From Elsinoe ampelina (taxonomy: Eukaryota): 63,967 nt of DNA. Below the pieces are notes generated by a model. That model had not been told where the DNA came from. It did no database searches and worked only from the letters and a program-made list of their open reading frames with translations. This document shows, one piece after another, positions 56,230 through 63,967 of the stretch (positions are counted from its first letter, which is position 1; every line of letters begins with the position of its first letter). The translations under genes and the position numbers were made by a program. The stretch covers positions 1-63,967 of the forward strand of contig ML992531.1 of assembly GCA_010093995.1 (NCBI GenBank), in the 5' to 3' direction.

Positions 56230-59200
56230 TCACCGCGCACAACAGTCCAAGACCTCCCCGACATCAATCATCTTCACCTCTCCTTCGCCACCCACGCTCC
56301 TCCTCCCTGCCATCAAGCTCGCTGCACCCCACAATCCCCGTCTATCGTCCCAGTTCCTGAAGAGCATCTCCACTTCTCTGCCTAGCCCACCCAGACAGAT
56401 CTTGACGTCCGGCACTTTCTGTCGATCTTGAAGTCCTGCGGCGAGCATGGCGTAGTCGCTGCCGAAAAGACAAGACTGCGCGAAGAGGTGCTCCCACATC
56501 TTGGTCTCGTGGCCAGAGGCATCCTTTGGCTTGACGGACTGTGTTGCTGTGGTCGCTAGCAGAGGCCCGGGGATGATCAAAACCGTGCTGGCTACGTCAA
56601 CCACGTAGACCTGCTCCGGCTCAAAGTCGTCTTGACTGAATGGCGACAGTTCTGTAAGCGTAGTGAGCGCGTCGTCCTGTGTGGTTGGGGACGTGAGTGA
56701 GCGGTTTGATGCTGAGGAGGCTGGACGCGCAGACGGTGAAGGTGAAGTGGGTCGCTTGTTGAAGAAGCCGAAGAAAGTAGACGAGGATCGTCTCGGTGGG
56801 AGGATCTCGAGGCGGAACAGTCGTGGTGGCGACCGTTCAGATATTGCGGGTATCTGCTGGAGCAGTGTTGGAGACTTGAACGGGAACAGTGATAGGAATG
56901 AGTCCGGCTCTCGACCAGATACGACTTCGATCACGTCGCGTGATGATAGGTCCATGCTGATCAGTCGAGCACTACCGACAGCTTCTGCTCCGCATCCAGA
57001 GCCTTTCCAGAGATAAACCTGAGTGTCTTGTATTGTGACAGGATTGACAACGATGTACGGAAACACTGGTGCAAGGGTGTCGAGACTCATGTCGACCTCG
57101 TCAAAGGCGATATGACCAAGATGCGGACGGCCGCAGAGCATGTAAGGCTTGGTCGCAGCTTCGGCGTGAGAGCCACGTCGAATGATCACAATGCCCCCCA
57201 GAGCCTGGAAGAAGCTCGCTGGCTCGCGTGATTGTCTGACCAAGGTCACTGGTGGCGTAGACCGAGCTCCATTAGTCGCATCTCTGGCCACTCGCTTTGC
57301 AAAGATCTGAGCATCTTCAATCGCAGCACCTGCTACGTTTGCACCCGCCCACAAAAAGACCTCGGTCTGGCGCTGCCCAGTAGCGGAGCCGAAAACATGT
57401 GTGACGATGTAGATGGCAGATGAGAACAAGATGTACTCCTTCTCCGTGGGCAGAGCCGTGAGCTTTCCATTTTCTGCGAGTAGTTGAATTGTCTTGCGGA
57501 GAGTCCGCCCCGGAGCGGGCTTCTCTGTCGTCAAGATTGCTTGAGCATCGATTTCCAGGCGGGTGGATATTATCGGTATCGTCCCAAAGTAGTCCGACAA
57601 AAGTCGACCAGCGCGGGATTGAGGCGGTGCCGCGGTTGTGGGTGTTGTCAGATCGTCCTCGTCTACTGAAGGAGAGCTGTCAGCCCTGCACAATCAAACT
57701 ACGAACAGAAATCAGAACGGCGTTGCTAGATATCTTGGAAAGCGTGTATATGAAGGAGCTTGATGAAGTAGGTCGGATAAGAAGAGAAAGAAGGAACATA
57801 CCTCGGACACCTGCTGGCTCCCCCAACGTCTGGCTCACGACCCGTGAGCTCTTGGCTGGCTTTGGTGGCATACCACCAGACGAAGGGGGAGACAGAGGGT
57901 ATTTGTTCGACTTGGGCGAATCATTGCCACTCGTGGATATCCCTAGCCCATCCGGCTTCAATCCTTGATACCTGAGCGGCGAATTCGACAGAAGCCCTGC
58001 GGACCGCATCGCAGCTTCTTCGTCTTCTCGTGATGGTAGCTTGATGGGAGTGCCACGGGGTGTATTCGCTCGAGAGCTGTCAAGCTTGCCCCATTTTGCT
58101 GCAGCAGACTTTACTGAAGGGACTTGGGAGGAATTCTCCTTGTTCTCCTCTGTCTTGGCTGCAGGCCTTTCGTTGCTGCCATCCAGGCTCGATTCAGGTA
58201 TCGAAGCATTGTTCCTTGCCTCCACTCTCGGCTTCTCGGTGATCATAACTGGTGATGCGAGCGTTGGTATCGGCTTTGGCTCCTCATGCAGCTGCCGAAT
58301 AGCTTGAGCAGGCTTCGACATGCTCGTCTTGACAGGTAACGAGACGGACTTTGTGGGCGTAGGCGGCTTTTCTTTCTCCACAGGCTTATCGGATAAGGTC
58401 ATGGATAGAGTCCTGACTGCGATGGACTTTGGGCGAGGCTGTATCGGGACCCTCGCAGTTGCGGCCGGAGATGGTTCTCGTTGGCTAATTCTCTTGGGCA
58501 TGGATATCGACGAGTCGAGTCCCGAAACAGGTGGCTTTGCCTCTTCCTTATTACTGGACGCTGGCTTTCTTCTCTTCGGTCCTCTCGCTCGACCTTTGGT
58601 CATGTGCGTGAGTTCACCACCCTTGGAATCTTCTGAAGCGCCAGTGTTTCTTACTGGACCGTTGGTGGATGCTGAGAATGCGTCGTCAGTCGAAGTTGCC
58701 GTCGGCCGATTTCCAGAGCTCTGTTGAGGCGGCCCACGGGCGAGAAGACCAGCTAGACCAGGATTGAATCTGTCAGCCAGAGGATTTGACTTGCTAGCGC
58801 TAGCGGCTTTTGTGGCCTCTGCGACAGGCTTGTTAGGCGCGGAAGACGTCTCTCTCGATTTCTCCACAATCCTAGGTTGGAAAGTAGCGGGTTCCTCGAT
58901 GACCGGTCTAGCATGACCTACGAGGTCTGAAGCTGCCTTATCAGAGGGTGCATCTGCTTGACTCTCGGCCTTGAAAGGAGCGGATGAGGGCGTTGCTGAC
59001 GGCTTGGTCTTGTCTTTCGGAGGTATTGGTTTACCTCGTAGTGACTTGTGTCGTGCGAGTGCTTCTGGTGTGATGTCACGACGAGCATCTGGTGTACCGG
59101 CGCTGAGATTGCTGCTGTTTGATCGTTGAAGACCCTTCTTGACTTCCAACGCTTCCGGCGTAGGTGCTTGGATGGGTGGCTTCTGGAAAGGTTTCGACCC

Positions 59201-61387
59201 AAGCTCAGGGGTCTTAGTCTTCATCTCGGTCTTCTTCGCGAGAATGCTCTCCTTGAATTCGTCGCGCCTCACAGTCTTCTGCGGACCACCAGTCACGGAA
59301 AGTCCGGCTTTGCCACGCAGAATGTTGTTCTTCAGCACGTCTGGTGCCACGTAATTCTGGGTCGTCGTACGCTTGAGCTTTCCAAGAGCGCCACGAAATT
59401 CTGGCTCACTCGACTTGTCCTTGTCGACCGATGTTTGCCGGGGTTTCAGTGTCGACCGAAAATCCATCTTCGGTGGAGTGGCTGGTTTGACCTTGTCGGT
59501 CAGGGATTGTGCTTGCAATGATCGTGCCGATGGCGAGACCACGCTTGACGTGTCGCCTTCACGCTTTGGAGTAGTTGGTTCTTGAGCCGTAGGAGACATT
59601 GGCGCTTCTTTGGAAGTGATCTCGGAGGTTCCTAAAAGACCTGCTTGAGCTAGCTTCTCCTTGCTTGGCTTTGCTGCAAGGGCTGGTGGCTTGGCCTTGG
59701 TTGGAGGTGTAAATGTCCGCTTGGTCTCAGTCGGCGTCACATCGCGAGTAGATGGGGTGCGTGTCAAAGAGGACGCTGATTCTGTTGCAGAAGCCTTCAT
59801 GGGTTGAAACGACTTGACTGACGCCGTACCCATCTCCACAATCTCGTCCTGCGAGGAGAAGGTGGCGACACTGTTTCTCTGTTGCTTTGCTTTGCTAAGC
59901 TCGGTCATCCAGCTGGGCTGATTGGATGGTGCGCTCATTTGTTTTGTGGGTGATTCTGGTCTAGCCAAAGCACTCTCCAACCAACTGGATTTGGTGGGAC
60001 TCCATCGTTTAGAGGGACTCAGAGGTGGCGAAAACGTCTGAGGTAGGTCTGAGGGTTGTGATGGATTCTCCCGCAACGATGCGTGTGATTTGGATCTGCT
60101 GTGCATAGAGCCCATGCTGCGCGATGGCTTGTCGATCTGGTCTGACTCCAGAAGACCGAGATTGCTCACAGCGCTTACCGTGCTATGGCTCGAGCCTGGT
60201 CTTGAAGCTGGTTCCTGACTACTGCGAGACTGCTCCAATCTTGGCATGCTCGTTGAAGCAGCCATGCCATTTCGAACACTGCCAAATCCGCTTCGCAAGC
60301 TAGCTGTGGAATCTGCTCGACCCAGACCTGCCGGCTGGTTGCTCCATCTCTTACTGACGCTGTCCGTCCTTTTCATCATGGCGCTTTGTACGAAACCCCC
60401 CATTCCCTTCGTGGGCGATGCAGGCCGCTCACTGATGCTACCTCGGCTTGAAAGACTGGGTACGGTGCGACCGAATGCTGCTCTCTCAACTTCGGGAGTC
60501 GACGCACGTACATTCGCTGCTACAGGTGCGGCAAGAGACGTATTCCGGTTACCATTATCCACTTCTTCAATCGCTGGAGAAAGTTCACGCTGGGGCGATA
60601 ATCTTGGCGGAGATGCAATTCCATTGCCGCGCATATCCTCTGTGGATTCGTTACTCATCAGACCAGGCAAGTGTCGTTTTTCCGATCCCAAATTTGCCTC
60701 CAACTCTTCATCTCTGTTTCTTCTGTACGCTGCAGAACCAGCCCCTCGATCAGGTGTCTGTCTGAACCAGGATGGATCTTTCGTGGACAGGTTCTTTGCA
60801 ATGTCTTGCTGAGTTGGTTCGTCGCGGGATGTCGGTCGACTGTCGGAAGGGGTCTCCGTGGAAGCACGCGAAGCATTCTCCGCCGCTAACATTGACAGAG
60901 GTCGTGTGCGCATGCCAGACTGTGGTCGTCTCTGCCATGACATGGTGTTTGCGCGTGACGGCATAGCTGCGCTGGGTGACGAAGGTTTGCTGGGACTCGC
61001 TGGGCGCTCTGTCACTACTGGAGAGCCGCGATCTGAGCGAAAGCTTCGGACACTATCTTCTCTTGCAAGATCGCGGACTGGTGAAGAAGGCCTTGAGTTG
61101 CTCGGAGAACCGGCGTTCAAAGAAGTACGCGTGCTCAGCGAATGTACAGATTGTGGCGTCTTTTCTGGCGACAGCGAACGTTCGCGCTCTGATATTTGAT
61201 TAGCGACTTCACGCAGGTGACAATTGGAACCCCGCATACCCATCTTGCGCTCCAATCGCGCAGTCCTATCTTGGAGAATCTGCGCTTCTAGCTTCTCATA
61301 TCGCTCGTTATCCTCCCTCTGCCTCTTATCACTCAGATCGCGGACAGTCTTGAGGAAGGCTTGGGGGTCGAGGTCGGAGTCGGCCAT
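56230..61387 (-). CDS. Large disordered protein with C-terminal gelsolin-like repeats (DUF4045 family-like); introns 61189-61239, 57666-57801
   Basis: N-terminal FLKTVRDLSDKRQRED coiled coil, SPTKGMGGFVQSAMMKR, SSWLESAL, LTHMTKGRARGPKRR; C-terminal VFLWAG, FFQALGG, VYLWKGSG. Confidence 0.8.
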
Positions 61388-61649
61388 CTTGGCGACCTGA
61401 ATGTTTGACGGCTGTCGCGCGGAATTGGGCAAAGGTTTCGTGCAGACGTGTGGTATGCTATCGAAGCATTGGACGGGGTAATGCTATGAAGCGCTGGTCC
61501 TGCGCAAGAATAGCGAGCGAGTGTGGACGGGAAAGACGAACGTTTGTTGACATTTGGACTTCTCAATGTTTGAAGCTTCCGGCGACGCTCCACTTGAATA
61601 GCCAGCCAATCAGAAGCGTTCAGGGTCTAGCTGTCTTCACCATGCTTTA

Positions 61650-61940
61650 AACCAACAATGCTATTTAAATATCTAGTGAAATTCACAATTATTTTTGTAT
61701 GAGCTGAATCGTCAGAATTAAGGCTATCTAATGAATTAAAAAAAAAACTTGTAAATTTAAGAGAAGTCGCGATGTAGTGACGGAAAACAATAATTTTATT
61801 TAATTAAGAGTAATTAAAATGCTCTAGTAGTCTAGCTAGATATTAGACTTTGGGAATATATAATCTAGGTGCTTCTACCTTTCTCATCTGTGCTTTCACT
61901 TCTAAATTACCAGACGACAGCTATATAATTATCTCAAATA
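61650..61940. other. Short AT-rich island between divergent genes
   Basis: Poly-A run and TpA-rich text (TAATTTTATTTAATTAAG, CTAGTAGTCTAGCTAG) against balanced flanks. Confidence 0.5.
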
Positions 61941-62138
61941 ATGGTACGTAACAAACCTAGTCCCCCCACTTCACTACCACCCTCTTGATTATCGCTTTCA
62001 CCCGCATTTCATGTACGTCTCATATGCTCAATGGGTGCATTATTGACAGCCTCCTTGCACTTCATTCTCACAACGCATGCTGCATGTCGGTTCTAATAGT
62101 ACTTGTACCATCTTTAAGTCACCGCTAATTCATGATAG

Positions 62139-63494
62139 CCATCGTCTGCCGAAAGCGCGACTAAGCTTCATACTCGTCTGCCCAGCGATGCTCCACGATC
62201 CGCTAAGATCATATCTAGAGAGCATGTCGGTGCCGGTGCCATCCCAGCATATACGCTCAAGGTTGGATCTGCGGTCATTCCCAACGTCAGTCTAGATGAG
62301 CTTTTCGACTTTGTTTCCCCTCAGGATCTGGAGATATTCGAAAATGCAGAGTTCAAGCGCGAAAACGATGAGAAGGACATGATCCAGCAGGCTCTATGGC
62401 AAGCCAAACGTCGTCCAGGCCGGCCTCGCAAAGACCGTAACCTTGTCAATGGCAGTGACAGCTCTATTTCAAGCACTTCCGATGACGCAGTCACGTCCAG
62501 TGGCGCGTCACCTGAACCATTGGCAGCGCCTACAGCCGTTGGGCGATTCGGGAGGCCGCGACCTGACTACAGTAAGATGTACAAGCCACGACGGCAGCGT
62601 GGCACGCACGCCGCTGTTCCTACACGATCAGACTGGAAGCAACGACTGGCGACAGAATCTGAGCAAGACCTCCCTGGCAGCACTGCCTCTCTCAGTCTCA
62701 ATGACAATCCGAAACGCCGTAGATTGGACCAGTCAGGCTCACATTCCCGTACAAGACCATCTCCTACTCCCAGCAGCAGTGCCGGCCGTGGGAAGAGCTC
62801 CAGTGCCTCCCAATCTTCTGCTAGCAGAGTCGGCCCGCCACCTGCTCTCAGACAACCCGCTCCTGAGCCACTGATTGCCCTCTCTTCTCTCCGAGCCGGC
62901 GCTCCTCGCCCCACCAGCAGCTCCGCATCATCAACCATCGTCTCCTCATCCTCCTCGGCAGCCGGTCCCAACGAGCAACTCGCCACGGAAACCCATATCT
63001 CCAAATCCCAATCCCGATTCCAACCTACCTCCACCACAGTCCCAAGCTCCTCCGCAACCCCAGCCACCACCTCCATCCGCGCAAAGTACCAATCCACTAC
63101 CTCAACACCAAGCTCCACCGACCCCTCCACCAGCAGCGGCGACGAAGACCCCCACGCCCATGCCCACGCCCACGCCCACTCAGAAGACGAACAGGACGAC
63201 GGCGAAGAAGACACCTACGAAATCGAACGCATCATCTCCCACCACTTGTCCGACCCACGCACCCACCCTGCAGAACTGGGCAAGAAGCCCGTCATGCTCT
63301 ACCAGGTCAAATGGGCAGGGTACGACGAGACGACATGGGAGCCGGAGGCGAGTTTCGATGACAAGAGCGTGGTGGAGACGTACCTGCAGAGAATCAGAGA
63401 GGGGAGCCAGGGGAGCGGGAGGAGCGGGAGGAGCGGGGTGGGGGTAAGAAATGGGGGGAGTGCAGGGGCTGGGAAGGGGAAGGGGAGGGCGTGA
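62139..63494 (+). CDS. Chromodomain protein with AT-hook; first exon not resolved
   Basis: The frame opens after acceptor CTAAT..TAG at 62138 and includes FVSPQDLEIFENAEF, AT-hook RRPGRPRK and C-terminal chromodomain YEIERIISH...YQVKWAGYDETTWEPE. Confidence 0.8.
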   Translation, partial: PSSAESATKLHTRLPSDAPRSAKIISREHVGAGAIPAYTLKVGSAVIPNVSLDELFDFVSPQDLEIFENAEFKRENDEKDMIQQALWQAKRRPGRPRKDRNLVNGSDSSISSTSDDAVTSSGASPEPLAAPTAVGRFGRPRPDYSKMYKPRRQRGTHAAVPTRSDWKQRLATESEQDLPGSTASLSLNDNPKRRRLDQSGSHSRTRPSPTPSSSAGRGKSSSASQSSASRVGPPPALRQPAPEPLIALSSLRAGAPRPTSSSASSTIVSSSSSAAGPNEQLATETHISKSQSRFQPTSTTVPSSSATPATTSIRAKYQSTTSTPSSTDPSTSSGDEDPHAHAHAHAHSEDEQDDGEEDTYEIERIISHHLSDPRTHPAELGKKPVMLYQVKWAGYDETTWEPEASFDDKSVVETYLQRIREGSQGSGRSGRSGVGVRNGGSAGAGKGKGRA

Positions 63495-63935
63495 GTGGAG
63501 ACGGGTGAGTGTGATGGTGGCGAGGCAAGAGAGAGGGGGTTGCGGTAATGATAACGATTCATGATTCAAGCAGCGTTGGAAAGCGGAAAGCAGATGTTCC
63601 AGTATCTAAAATGAGTATTTTCAGCCTTGACGGACCGCGTTTCTTGTGCAAGTGAATTAGTGTGCCCTGCTTCCATGCCACTCTCCAGCTCCCATGTGTG
63701 CATACCAAAGCTCAAGATGCCAGTGAGGCAGTTCCAGTGTGGATGACAAAGGTCAAACCCGTGGCCATGCGAGGCAGCTTTCACACGCCCAAGCCAGGTT
63801 CAATACAATCACACTCACTGCACGAACACATCGACATGCTGTGGGAAAAGCGAGAAAAGTATTCCATTATGCACACCATTTCTCCAACGCCTGTCCTCAC
63901 AAGCTCACTGGCTCACTCTCGCCCTCAACTCTCCC

Positions 63936-63936
<1 letters not shown>

Positions 63937-63967
<31 letters not shown>
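63937..63967 (+). repeat. (TC)n microsatellite running off the window end
   Basis: Read directly. Confidence 0.95.

Overview
A compact, intron-containing genomic window from a filamentous ascomycete. My impression is a Dothideomycete, but the class is an inference and not verified. It starts with ~1.75 kb of AT-rich, RIP-like repeat relic and ends in a (TC)n microsatellite. About 33 genes lie in between. Housekeeping genes: RPS18, SDO1, CPY, CMC1, TAF9, UTP11, NAS2, Ran, a ULS1-like SNF2 ATPase, NIT3, TIM10 and MSK1. Catabolic/enzyme genes: GH54 abfB, a divergent lactonase/aldolase pair, an SDR, a P450, a flavin monooxygenase, a methyltransferase and an enol-lactone hydrolase. There is also a head-to-head NoxD/NoxA pair and a decaying accessory island at ~14.7-18.5 kb. 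The most striking signal is at 39.6-47.5 kb. Three otherwise intact genes carry four in-frame TAG codons: a VIT1/CCC1 transporter (two), an AMD1-like large MFS protein (one) and an orphan tail-anchored protein (one). At least three of these sit where Trp (TGG) is expected. This pattern fits restorative UAG->UIG A-to-I mRNA editing, known from Sordariomycete sexual development, here next to the NoxA/NoxD genes and possibly in a lineage where it is not established. RNA evidence is needed; pseudogenisation and base-call error are not excluded.
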